Below, in pieces: positions 30,576-40,529 of a stretch of DNA of 64,000 nucleotides. The DNA is from Sulfolobales archaeon HS-7 (GTDB lineage: Archaea > Thermoproteota > Thermoprotei_A > Sulfolobales > Sulfolobaceae), in the NCBI GenBank assembly GCA_019704295.1, contig AP024596.1, forward strand, positions 1,440,001 to 1,504,000. The letters run 5' to 3'. The number at the start of each line of letters is the position of its first letter. Positions within the stretch are counted from its first letter, which is position 1. The notes beneath the pieces were generated by a model. It was given only the letters and a program-made list of their open reading frames with translations, had not been told where the DNA came from and searched no databases. A program made the position numbers and the translations under genes.

Positions 30576-31320
30576 TTTAACTAGGGTTAAGGAGAGGGAA
30601 GAGTTCAATGATGAGGATTTCGTGGCAGTAGAGGAGCCTTTACAGATTAGGATATGTAATGGGAGTTGCGATACTTTCGCGGTCATAATGAGGACTCCAG
30701 GAAATGATGAGGAACTCTCTTTAGGTTTCTTATACTCTGAGGGAGTGATAGATAGTGTAGAGGACGTTGAAAGCATTCAGCGAAACGGAAACGTAATGGA
30801 TGTTAGGATAAACAAACCGTTAAGGGTGAAAACCAGAGACCTAATAGTTAATTCCAGTTGCGGAGTTTGTGGAAGGGCATTCCTTTACACTATCAACATA
30901 ATAAGCTCTAAGACAAAAATTAAAAAGGAAGTGATTTTCTCCTTACCGGAGAAATTAAAGGAAAGGCAGAGCGTCTTTAACGTAACTGGAGGACTTCACG
31001 CCTCAGCCTTATTTACAATTGACGGCGAACTAATTTGCTTATACGAAGATGTCGGAAGGCACAACGCTGTAGATAAAGTAGTGGGAAGCCTCGTTTTGAA
31101 GAAAAAATTACCCGCTTATTCATATGTGATGCAAGTTAGCGGAAGAATAGGTTACGAGATCGTAAGCAAAGGAATAAAGGCGGGAATCCCAGTGATCTGT
31201 GGCATCTCAGCTCCAACTAGCCTCGCAATAGAAATGGCTGAGGAGGCTGGAGTCACGTTAATAGGCTTTCTAAGAGGGAAAAGCTTTAATATTTACACGC
31301 ATAGAGAGGCAATTTTTTGA
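30556..31320 (+). CDS. fdhD: Formate dehydrogenase sulfurtransferase FdhD
   Basis: VAVEEPL, MRTPG, SSCGVCG, TGGLHA, EDVGRHNAVDK, SAPTSLA. Confidence 0.96.
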   Translation: MQVRKVNLTRVKEREEFNDEDFVAVEEPLQIRICNGSCDTFAVIMRTPGNDEELSLGFLYSEGVIDSVEDVESIQRNGNVMDVRINKPLRVKTRDLIVNSSCGVCGRAFLYTINIISSKTKIKKEVIFSLPEKLKERQSVFNVTGGLHASALFTIDGELICLYEDVGRHNAVDKVVGSLVLKKKLPAYSYVMQVSGRIGYEIVSKGIKAGIPVICGISAPTSLAIEMAEEAGVTLIGFLRGKSFNIYTHREAIF

Positions 31321-31996
31321 ATTTTTTGTATTATTCCTGTAATTAAAAGTCAATTTTGAACCTTTGTGTAGTTATTAAAGGTATCAATAACGTTTATCAA
31401 AAATCATTAAATCACTTTACGCATTAACTCTAGCCATTTACGCGATAGAAATCAAATAAATATTTACGGGCCGTTGAGGGGTTCTGGTGTTGCATCCCAT
31501 TTAGGTATGTAATCTGGGTTAGATACCCTTCATGTTCTATGTTTACATAACCTACCATTCTTCTGTAGCTGTATTACCGTCGTTACTCACACCGATCCTA
31601 TAATATTTAATGCCATTAACATGATGAGCACTTACTCACTTTGTATCAAATATTTTACCATTAGCCGGGAATCGGTCAGAATTCTCCGGACATATTTCCC
31701 GTAATTATGCCCAGGAAATAGAGTATAGAAGCAATAAAATACCCTATTATCTCCGGAATGTTGAAACTGATTGATACTTTTTTCCTTATTTATACTAAAG
31801 AATTAAATCTTTAATTAATGCCTCGTTTATTAGCAATCTTCACAAAGCATGTACTTTAACATTCGTTACGCTTAATGGAAATTTGGAGCAAAATGATCTA
31901 AGAGCTATGAAATGCTAATCTACTTCCGTAATAATGGTCCGAAATAATCTTAATGTAATGAAAAAACTTAACTTAGAAGAGCAGTAGAATAAACTA

Positions 31997-32923
31997 ATGA
32001 GTATTTCATTTATACAGGCTATAATAAGCCTGCTGGGCGGCGGCTTTGGCGGCGGTTTTAGCGGCGGTTTTATCTCATACTGTCTTGAGAACAGGAGATT
32101 TGCTAAATTATCCTTTCATAAAAATTTAATTTTTAATACTTTTTCTAACTCCGTAAGGGTCCTTCTGAAAGTAGAAAATAATAAAGGGGTCTTTAATGCA
32201 ACCAACACATTTTGCCAGATATCAGTTGAAATGAGCTTGAAAGGTGAAAACGAAAGTAGTCAGAGAAGGAATACGCACGATGATATAAGGAATTATATCA
32301 TGAAAGAATGCAAATTCGAGGAAGAAAAGAAACCAGAAGGCTATAACGAGAGAGCATGGACTCCCTTAATAAACCCATATGATAGATACAGAGAGGTTAG
32401 CGGAGAGCCCGTTTCCTGGAATATATGGGTGAGTAATGGAACGGGAATTGAAAATATGGTGTTCAAACATGTGGGAATAATTCCGAATAGGGGTTTTAAC
32501 ATGGCAATACTAATGGATATCTACAAGACTGTAAATAAGGAATATATTTTGAGGATAAACAGCGAATATGGTCCTGAGGACAAACCCAAGCTTCTCTTGA
32601 AGTTACCAATAGGAAATGATAAGATAGAAAAGATAACGATTAGTGTTGTTGCTGCGGGTAACAATGTTGAGACACCTGCTAGAGGAGAAGTAACTATAAA
32701 GCCCGTATGCGATAAAGATAAGACAATTCAGGAGAAATCGGAGACGTCCAGAGATAAGGAATGCGATTATGAAATAGGACTCACAATTAATAAAACAGGC
32801 ATTAGTAAAAAATTGGATACCATAATAAGGATTGTTATGTGTAAAGAGGACTCGAGACAAGTAAAATTTTCTGAAATCTTCAATAAATATAACATTAAAA
32901 CAATAGACTGCAAAAGCGAATAG
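31997..32923 (+). CDS. Hypothetical protein with N-terminal Gly-rich membrane anchor
   Basis: 308-aa AT-rich ORF starting MSISFIQAIISLLGGGFGGGFSGG; next to a plasmid plrA remnant. Confidence 0.75.
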   Translation: MSISFIQAIISLLGGGFGGGFSGGFISYCLENRRFAKLSFHKNLIFNTFSNSVRVLLKVENNKGVFNATNTFCQISVEMSLKGENESSQRRNTHDDIRNYIMKECKFEEEKKPEGYNERAWTPLINPYDRYREVSGEPVSWNIWVSNGTGIENMVFKHVGIIPNRGFNMAILMDIYKTVNKEYILRINSEYGPEDKPKLLLKLPIGNDKIEKITISVVAAGNNVETPARGEVTIKPVCDKDKTIQEKSETSRDKECDYEIGLTINKTGISKKLDTIIRIVMCKEDSRQVKFSEIFNKYNIKTIDCKSE

Positions 32924-33156
32924 TTTTTATAGAATATTTTACTTTTTATTAAATTATATACTTATACTTCTTTGTTAATCCTGGATCCCGCATCTCTTAA
33001 GAAAAAGAGCTGGCTCTCGAGATATTGGCGAAAAACCTTACACTTTATCAATCCTAATATACCCGTATTAGGAACTCAATTTCAGAGTCCTTCGATTTAG
33101 GTAACACTTTGTTAATCATATTTAAGGTTTATCAATCACTTTCGCAATACAATTTT

Positions 33157-33410
33157 ATGGAAAGTAAGATTGAGAAACACAAGAAACCCTTCACAATTAC
33201 GCAGATCGTTTTGATGGTAATGGCTAAAAGTCTTGGAAGTGCTGTAGCTTAGAATATCTCACTGAGAAGACGTTGGTAGATAAAGACGAGTTGTTGGTCT
33301 ATCTGTCCAGGACGGCGCAGAGGGGTAGAGAGGAAGTGGCATAAGGAGAGAGCAGGAAAAGATAGGATGTATTGTCTGAAGTATAAGGAGGGAGATAATA
33401 TAAGTAAACC
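33157..33410 (+). pseudogene. plrA: plrA (Sulfolobales plasmid regulatory protein) pseudogene
   Basis: Across frameshifts it reads TITQIVLMVMAKS / CCSLEYLTEKTLVDKDELLVYLSR / ERKWHKERAGKDRMYCLKY, matching the PlrA (pRN1 ORF80-like) pattern. Confidence 0.75.
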
Positions 33411-33672
33411 CGATGATAAATTCCTAGAGCATGCCAAAGCTTTTTCGTAAGTAGCCTACTCTGATTTAGAAGCAAGTAAACTTCTCTGGGAAGGCAATTA
33501 TTAAGTCCAACCATATTTATCTACAATCAACTGAGAAGATGTTCAGATTATTCAGAATTATGCATTAGTATTTTTTGTAGAATTTTTCAGAACAATTACA
33601 GAAGAACTACTAGGCTTCAGTAATATTAGAGTTAATAACTTAAAGATGCATCTCCAGTCGTTAAAAAGGGAT

Positions 33673-36600
33673 TCAAAAAGGGGAATCCTTTTTCTGTCTA
33701 ACCTCGTCCAGTGTTAATATACCCTTGTCGATCAGAACATTAACGTGATCCCAAGCATGTGACCTAACGTATTCACTCGGTGATTCAAGAAGTGAGAGAA
33801 AATGGTCCTTTTTCTGTCTAACCTCGTCCAGTGTTAATATACCCTTGTCGATCAGAACATTAACGTGATCCCAAGCACGTGACCTAACGTATTCACTCGG
33901 TGATTCAAGAAGTGAGAGAAAATGGTCCTTTTTCTGTCTAACCTCGTCCAGTGTTAATATACCCTTGTCGATCAGAACATTAACGTGATCCCAAGCACGT
34001 GACCTAACGTATTCACTCGGTGATTCAAGAAGTGAGAGAAATGCCTTGGAATCCTCCCTCGTTAATATACCCTTGTCGATCAGAACATTAACAATACTCC
34101 AAGCACGTGACCTAACGTATTCACTCGGTGATTCAAGAAGTGAGAGAAAATGGTCCTTTTTCTGTCTAACCTCGTCCAGTGTTAATATACCCTTGTCGAT
34201 CAGAACATTAACAATACTCCAAACAGTGATGCAAACATACTCGTCAGTTGCGCTCAGCATCCTTAAGATTAGATTATTAAAATGTGATTTGTATGGAGAT
34301 TCACGTACAGATGTAAGCCGTGATTTAAAGTCTGGTTTGTTAATCACGCCAGCAATCGGCCTCATCATGACCTCAAAGGTCTGAATTACATCGGCTTTAT
34401 CAGAATATCTTTCCAAAAGATATGCTATTACTTCCAATATCTTGACCTTAAAATCTTCGTCACTGAAATATGGGACCACGGAAATAGCGTCGAAAAGGAA
34501 AGTCGAAACGTTATTTGGCCTGCTGAAATAACGTTGGTGATTTTTAATATAACTTTCTGAGTCTTTATAAATTTGGAGAATTAACCTCCCGTAACTATTA
34601 CACACTTCTTTTAGCTCTTCCCTAATTCTATTAAGGTATTTATCAAATTCCTCAAAATCAAAGTTCGTTTTTCCCAGCTTCGTTATTAAATTTTCGTGCC
34701 CTAATTCATCCTCTAATTTATCTGGGATTTCCTCGCCGTCTAAATACCCTACCAAAATATTGTATCCTTCCTTCACCGAGCCGTGGATAGGAGATAGTAT
34801 TCCTCGGTGGTCCATTCGGAAAAACGGGAAGAAAGCGTTAACTTCCCCATTCTCCACTCTTACTACTCCTACCGTACCCTCCTGTACCGTGTCCCTTTGT
34901 AAGGAGATTAGGGAATCCAGAGCACGGTAGAGTAGGGAACTTTCCGTATTAAGACCAACTAAGCTCAACCTCTCCTTGTCAACAGCAGCGATCGGTACTC
35001 CTTTGCTTTCCAACATAGCCCCCAGTAGGGCAAGAATTAGGAGGAATTCCTTCTTACCACTTTCTGTTTCTAGGGGAATGTCTCCATTTTTAAAGTAAAA
35101 CTGTTGAATCTTCCTAAAGGCATATGTTTTAGGGTTCCGGTCTATTTCGTCTAGGTCTTCTTCGCTTATGTTCTCCTTTCCCTCTAGAAAGTACCTTAAT
35201 ACTACAGGCAGTCTGGCCCTCTTCACTATTTTTCGCTTCAACTCATCACTGATTTTTATGTTCTCAGATAGCATACTCTCCAGAATCTTCATTAATTCGT
35301 CTTCATTCGTGTTAATGCGGATTTCCTTGAACAGATTCCCCCGCTCCCTCAGTTTTCTCCATAAATCCCCCTTATGCAGATCTGCGAATCCCATCTCAGC
35401 TTTCTCCACAACGGATCTCCACATCGTCTCTTCCGTTGTGATGAGAATCGGACATTCCGCGTTGCCCTCTATAAACGCTTCATGTAGGACATTGGTTAAA
35501 TGTTCCTGCAACATGTTCGTGGTAACTCTACCGTCATCTAAAATTAAAAGGCACTTCCCATCCCTGGAGGGAGGATATTTAAATGTCCTTGGATCTTGGA
35601 TCGAATAAACCACAAATTTTCCTCCAGTTTCTCCTTCCGCTCTCTCCATCAACTTTTTCACGACGAGATAGGAGAACCAGCTCTTTCCCACTCCTGAAGG
35701 ACCTATTACGGCATAAAATAGGGGATTTCCCCTAAAGGTGGAGAGTTCTGATAAAGTATGTTTTCTCCAGCTGAGGATCTCATTGGCCAGTTCATTGACT
35801 TTCTCTTGCTTAATCTCAACTAGAGTTTCTTCGTTTACACCATAATATTCCTTAATTGAGTCCTTATCCTCTGGTTTTAACCCGGCTTGCTTAATTTGTC
35901 CCTCCTTGAGCCTGTTTATTTCCTCTTCATGCTTTTTTATTTCCTCTTCATGCCTGTTTATTATTTCTTCGAGTTTATCTATTCTTTCCTTTATCTTCTT
36001 GACCTCGCTCTCAAGCTCTGGCACTTTCCTTATGACTTCGTTCAGCTTCTTTATGTAATCCTCGGTAAAGATCTGCTTAAGTCTAGACAAAAACTCATCG
36101 TACCCCCCTCCCGGTCCCACAGGGGATAGCCAGCTTGAGAGGAAGCTGTAGCAGTCCCCGGGGTTGAGGCCGTATTTCTCGTCCAGTTTCTCGCACAGGA
36201 TCTCCCTCTTCTCCACCGGATATTCGTTCCAGGCCTTGTGTAGCTTTACGTACTTTCCAAGACCCGCGTCTTTCCTCTCCTCGTAAAAGCTAAGTATTAA
36301 TGACACTCCGAAGAGTATTACTGATGCTGGCAATAAAAATTCCGAGATAAGGCGAGACAGAGTAGGTAACAAAGGCCCCTTAAGGTATTCCAGGGTTTCG
36401 CCTAAAGCTCCCATCCCTTCGGAAAGGCTTAAACCAAAGGTCTCAAGCAGAAGCTCTTCCCTATGTCTCTCAAGTTCTTTCAATTTTTCAAGGATCTCTT
36501 CGCTTTTGCCAGCATGCTCTTCGATTACTCTCTCCAGAAGAGGTGGTATCAACAACCCATTACCCTCTAGCGGGGAGCCACCAAAGCTGGCCAGCTCAAG

Positions 36601-37992
36601 GAGGTGACACCTCTTTCTCCTTAGCTCTTCCTCGCTGAGGCCGGTTTCTCCCCTACGCTTGTCGGCTATCTTCTTTAAAAAGTACTCGAAAAGCCCTTCG
36701 GCGTCCTCTTTAGTAATCTTCGACTCGACAAGTACACTGCCTTCAGGGATCCAGCTTCTCTTTTCTTCTTTACCCTTTTTTCCAAAGACACGATTGAGTA
36801 GATCTTTTCCAAAGATAGGATTATGTAGATCCCCCCTCTTTTCACCCTTTAGGAACCGGATCTGGTAGTTGCTCCCCTCTATTAAGACCTTCCCGTGTAA
36901 TCTGTCCTTTATCTTCTCTGCGTAACCTTCGTCCATAGAGTAGTAGGGAAGTTCAACGTAGGAGTATTCTTCTGGAAGGATTCCCTTCTTCCTCGCCCTA
37001 AGGATCGCCATGGTCTTACCGGAATAACGATGACCAAAAAGGACCACGGGCACTCCTCTCTCCTTAGCTTTTTCCAAAGCTTCCTTCAGACTCGCGTCTA
37101 CGCTCAGCTCTACTCCGTAATCCGCGTAGTTTGGAAGGTCCTTAAATCCCTTACTTTCCCTCAAATAGACCATCAGCTCCTTGAGGAACTCTGAGGAAGT
37201 CTCCGGAATTGTTACCGCTTCCTCGATGTTCTTCTCTCCTCCAGGATGCACATCAAATGTGGGGACGTCCCCCAAGGCTTTCTTTACCTCTTCGTAAACA
37301 ACCTGCAGATCCTTATCTCTGAAGCTGTGCCCCACGACCAACAGGGGTACTCCGATGATGTGTCCCTTCATGCTGATGTAGATGGCTTCTCTATCTTCTT
37401 CAAATGACTTCAAGTCGTCCTGGGTGAGGACAATTTGTTTACTTTTTTCTTTGTCCTCTTCGTATATGTCGCCGTGAACCTTGTAAATCCTGATGTAGGC
37501 GTCAGTAGGTTGAGAGAAGTCGTCTTTGCTCTTTACCACGGTGTATCTCGTCGAGCCTTCATCTAATTTATCTTTAAGGGCGTCCTCAAGCTCCCGATCG
37601 AAGTTCGTTGTTATGATGTTGACTGTCAAGTGTTTCCCCTCTCTCTTCCAAGACTCTACCAAGGCCCTCAAGATTCTGGCCAGTAAAGAATAAGGATTCC
37701 TGAGGGAATCTCTTTTTAACCCTTCTTTCCTCTTCTTATCGAATATCTCCCTTATCTTTTTAATAATGTCTTCCCTCTTCACTCCCTTGTCGATTATATC
37801 CTTTACGACCGATTCAAGGTCTCCTGTCTGGACGTCGAATTCCTGGGCAAGGGCGGAGGCGAGCTCGTAGCTGAGAGGATAACCTAGCTCATAAGACACT
37901 TCCGCCCCTATAATTATTGTAGCTCCTCTTTCAGTGAGTAGATCAGCAAATTGCCTTACCTCAAGGGATACCACATCATACATATTTCGCAT
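33673..37992 (-). CDS. SIR2-like domain, two P-loop NTPase regions and C-terminal HEAT/ARM-like repeats (putative defence protein)
   Basis: IIIGAEVS, IITTNFD, YKVHGD and VVGHSFRD (SIR2_2-like); GHRYSGKT; coiled coil; GPSGVGKS with LLILDD; 40-aa repeats. Confidence 0.88.
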   Translation of the reverse strand: MRNMYDVVSLEVRQFADLLTERGATIIIGAEVSYELGYPLSYELASALAQEFDVQTGDLESVVKDIIDKGVKREDIIKKIREIFDKKRKEGLKRDSLRNPYSLLARILRALVESWKREGKHLTVNIITTNFDRELEDALKDKLDEGSTRYTVVKSKDDFSQPTDAYIRIYKVHGDIYEEDKEKSKQIVLTQDDLKSFEEDREAIYISMKGHIIGVPLLVVGHSFRDKDLQVVYEEVKKALGDVPTFDVHPGGEKNIEEAVTIPETSSEFLKELMVYLRESKGFKDLPNYADYGVELSVDASLKEALEKAKERGVPVVLFGHRYSGKTMAILRARKKGILPEEYSYVELPYYSMDEGYAEKIKDRLHGKVLIEGSNYQIRFLKGEKRGDLHNPIFGKDLLNRVFGKKGKEEKRSWIPEGSVLVESKITKEDAEGLFEYFLKKIADKRRGETGLSEEELRRKRCHLLELASFGGSPLEGNGLLIPPLLERVIEEHAGKSEEILEKLKELERHREELLLETFGLSLSEGMGALGETLEYLKGPLLPTLSRLISEFLLPASVILFGVSLILSFYEERKDAGLGKYVKLHKAWNEYPVEKREILCEKLDEKYGLNPGDCYSFLSSWLSPVGPGGGYDEFLSRLKQIFTEDYIKKLNEVIRKVPELESEVKKIKERIDKLEEIINRHEEEIKKHEEEINRLKEGQIKQAGLKPEDKDSIKEYYGVNEETLVEIKQEKVNELANEILSWRKHTLSELSTFRGNPLFYAVIGPSGVGKSWFSYLVVKKLMERAEGETGGKFVVYSIQDPRTFKYPPSRDGKCLLILDDGRVTTNMLQEHLTNVLHEAFIEGNAECPILITTEETMWRSVVEKAEMGFADLHKGDLWRKLRERGNLFKEIRINTNEDELMKILESMLSENIKISDELKRKIVKRARLPVVLRYFLEGKENISEEDLDEIDRNPKTYAFRKIQQFYFKNGDIPLETESGKKEFLLILALLGAMLESKGVPIAAVDKERLSLVGLNTESSLLYRALDSLISLQRDTVQEGTVGVVRVENGEVNAFFPFFRMDHRGILSPIHGSVKEGYNILVGYLDGEEIPDKLEDELGHENLITKLGKTNFDFEEFDKYLNRIREELKEVCNSYGRLILQIYKDSESYIKNHQRYFSRPNNVSTFLFDAISVVPYFSDEDFKVKILEVIAYLLERYSDKADVIQTFEVMMRPIAGVINKPDFKSRLTSVRESPYKSHFNNLILRMLSATDEYVCITVWSIVNVLIDKGILTLDEVRQKKDHFLSLLESPSEYVRSRAWSIVNVLIDKGILTREDSKAFLSLLESPSEYVRSRAWDHVNVLIDKGILTLDEVRQKKDHFLSLLESPSEYVRSRAWDHVNVLIDKGILTLDEVRQKKDHFLSLLESPSEYVRSHAWDHVNVLIDKGILTLDEVRQKKDSPF
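33686..34220. repeat. Near-perfect intragenic tandem repeat (120-bp units, one 108-bp unit)
   Basis: Sequence lines starting 33721, 33841 and 33961 are identical except for one base; about 4.5 units. Confidence 0.95.
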
Positions 37993-38602
37993 TCACTATT
38001 TAATATTAACTACTATTCAGGAATATTAACTGAGCTAACTTTCTTGGCGAGTGTTCTCAGCATTCATCTTATTCTATATGTATATGTAAAGTTATATTAA
38101 TAATAGGATATATTGTATTCACCTAGAATAGCCTTATTCAATAGTATTCGTCACCTAGATGACCATACCAACAATCTCCGGTAGGGTACTCTTTAACCAC
38201 CCTCTAAAACTATACCTCCTTACTAAACCGGTTAACGAGGTTATTTACGGGCCGTTCACGCGTTCATTGCGAATTCGGTTTATTTAGAAAAATAAAGTAA
38301 ATTTAATTGAATACTATAGTATGGGCTACCAGAGATTCACACTCAACAATTTCCTTTATTTAATATCGTTTTGCAATAATTACAATTCGCAATGGAAACC
38401 TGAATCCCCCCTCTCGCATAACCTCAATATGTTTTCTCACACCTGTAATAATATTGCAGTGATCCCATTCCTCTCACTATTTTGTATGCGTTTGGATTAT
38501 TACACGCTGAACTATTCTAATTTAACGAAGAGTATTACAATTCACAATGGACATGTGAGGCCCTTTTATCGGAGAAAATGACAGTTCTTGCGAATTATCC
38601 GG

Positions 38603-38967
38603 CTAAATTATTTCTATGTTCACACCTAAAGGCTTAATGTCTTGAAAATCCCTGTCCTTTGTCAGTAATACTTCGTTATTGGCGATAACTATCGAGGCTA
38701 TTAATATGTCCGAATCGCTCTTAATTTTACCGTTACCCTTCAGTGTTTTATGCATATTAGCTGCTATTTTCACCGAGTCTATCGCAGTGGGTAAATTATA
38801 ATTTGATCAAAAAAATCCCCTATACCGATGTTGTATTTACCCCTCACAATTTCATAGAAGTTTATTACAGTAGTTGCAATATTATTGAAATTATTTTTTA
38901 TAAAATTAAGTAAGTCCTTATCCCCTTTCATTATAGAAATTATTATGTTAGAATCAAGTACTACCAT
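38603..38967 (-). pseudogene. vapC: VapC/PIN toxin with a single frameshift
   Basis: MVVLDSNIII...FYEIVRG stops at 38779. The shifted frame continues IDSVKIAA...SDSDILIASIVIANNEVLLTKDRDF to a stop at 38603. Confidence 0.85.
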
Positions 38968-39196
38968 ATTCTCTAACTCTGAAACCCTTCCTGAACTCTT
39001 CTACCTCCTTTTCCAGTTCTGTAGCCTCTTCCTCGCTCAGAGTTCCGAATATTAGGTCTAACGCCTCTACCCTCCCCTTCCTGCTCTTATTATAATATTC
39101 AATTAATTCGTTTATAGCTTGGCTAAATGACTTACTACCTTTGAGCTTAGACAGCTTCTCGTAAACGTCATCTGAAATAGTTATAACTTTCGGCAT
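38954..39196 (-). CDS. vapB: VapB-family antitoxin
   Basis: MPKVITISDDVYEKLSKLKGSKSFSQAINEL; overlaps the vapC start. Confidence 0.9.
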   Translation of the reverse strand: MPKVITISDDVYEKLSKLKGSKSFSQAINELIEYYNKSRKGRVEALDLIFGTLSEEEATELEKEVEEFRKGFRVREYGST

Positions 39197-40529
39197 ATGT
39201 AAGTATGCATATATAAAGTATTATTCATAAACGAAAGTCCAACCCTTCATCTCAACCTCCTGTATCAATGGTCCAAGTGTAGACCCTAAAGTTCAGGGGC
39301 TTTTTAGCCGAATAATGTCCTACAAAAATTGTTTATCAACACTAGGACCATTCACGCTTTCACAAATTTCACTTTATTAGTTTGAAATTAGCCCAATAAT
39401 TGTAGACTTTAACACTAAATGAGGGGCTAACAGGAAATAATACCATGGGGACTTAAATCGCCAAACTTTACCAAACATAACAATACCTTCACTCTCTCCA
39501 GTAAATAATAACGCTAATTACTTAAAATTCTAAAGAATTTTCTCAAATTAACTTACCACTTTTGCAATTGGTTCACTTTAAATATGGGAAAAGCTCAAAC
39601 CGACTTGAATGTATTCCGCAATTTCCGGCTACAGTGCGATTCACAGTCCCTTAATAATTGCAATCCCCTAGTGATAGGCACTGACTAATTCCTTAACGTG
39701 GATTGTACCCTGTAGTCACAATGGTACTTAATTAAATTTTACTTCTTTAAATAAACTAAATTTAAAATGTGAATTGCCATAGCACTTTCTTAATTTCTTA
39801 ACTTAATATCCTCAGGGAGACAATTCATCTTAGCAGTTGTTTAGCCGTTGACCTGGTATTTAGGTAATTGCCACTTTTGATCATGAAACGCTTATCCCGT
39901 ACTATTTGAGATTGGATATGACTTTTCCATAAGAGGAATGGACCCCATTTATTAGCAACCTGGGGGAGTGATTAAGGGCTCTAAATAAATCATTACATTT
40001 AACAGGAAGGAACCTTTGTTGAACTTCTCTAAGTGTTGTCTTGAACCTAGAGTTCGTTAAGGTCAAGGGGCATTCCCCACTTCCCTTTTTTTAACTGAAT
40101 AACCCATACCACGTTGGTATATTTACCTTTTGTGGGGTCATTAACCAGCGGCGAGGTTTCCCAACGAATTCGTGTAAAGTACATTTTACGTTTCATCAGA
40201 AAATTTACTCGGATACTTTCAATTCATGTAAATTCTCACCACTTTAGAAGTGACCCGGGAGTGTTCAACCCGGTCTTTTTCTACGTAACAGAGGATTAAC
40301 GTTAGATCACGTCAGAAAAGGTTTACCGCCAGATAGCGAAATGTAGAAAGATCACGTTTAAGTGTAGGGAAGCTCCATGATGGGGAACCCATGAGCGTCC
40401 CCAATCCCTTGAACAGGTAAGACTCGAACTGAGGTGAAGCTCTCCTCCCCTTTGCGTTTGCCCTAACTTTCAATACTCTATGTTGAAGTTCCCATGTGTT
40501 CACAGCTTTAACTCACTTCGCGACCCTCC

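Noticed and set aside
40312-40503. 63-aa ORF or TnpB omega-RNA-like sequence downstream of cas3
   Set aside because: Only a vague resemblance; no tnpB gene or identifiable element end.
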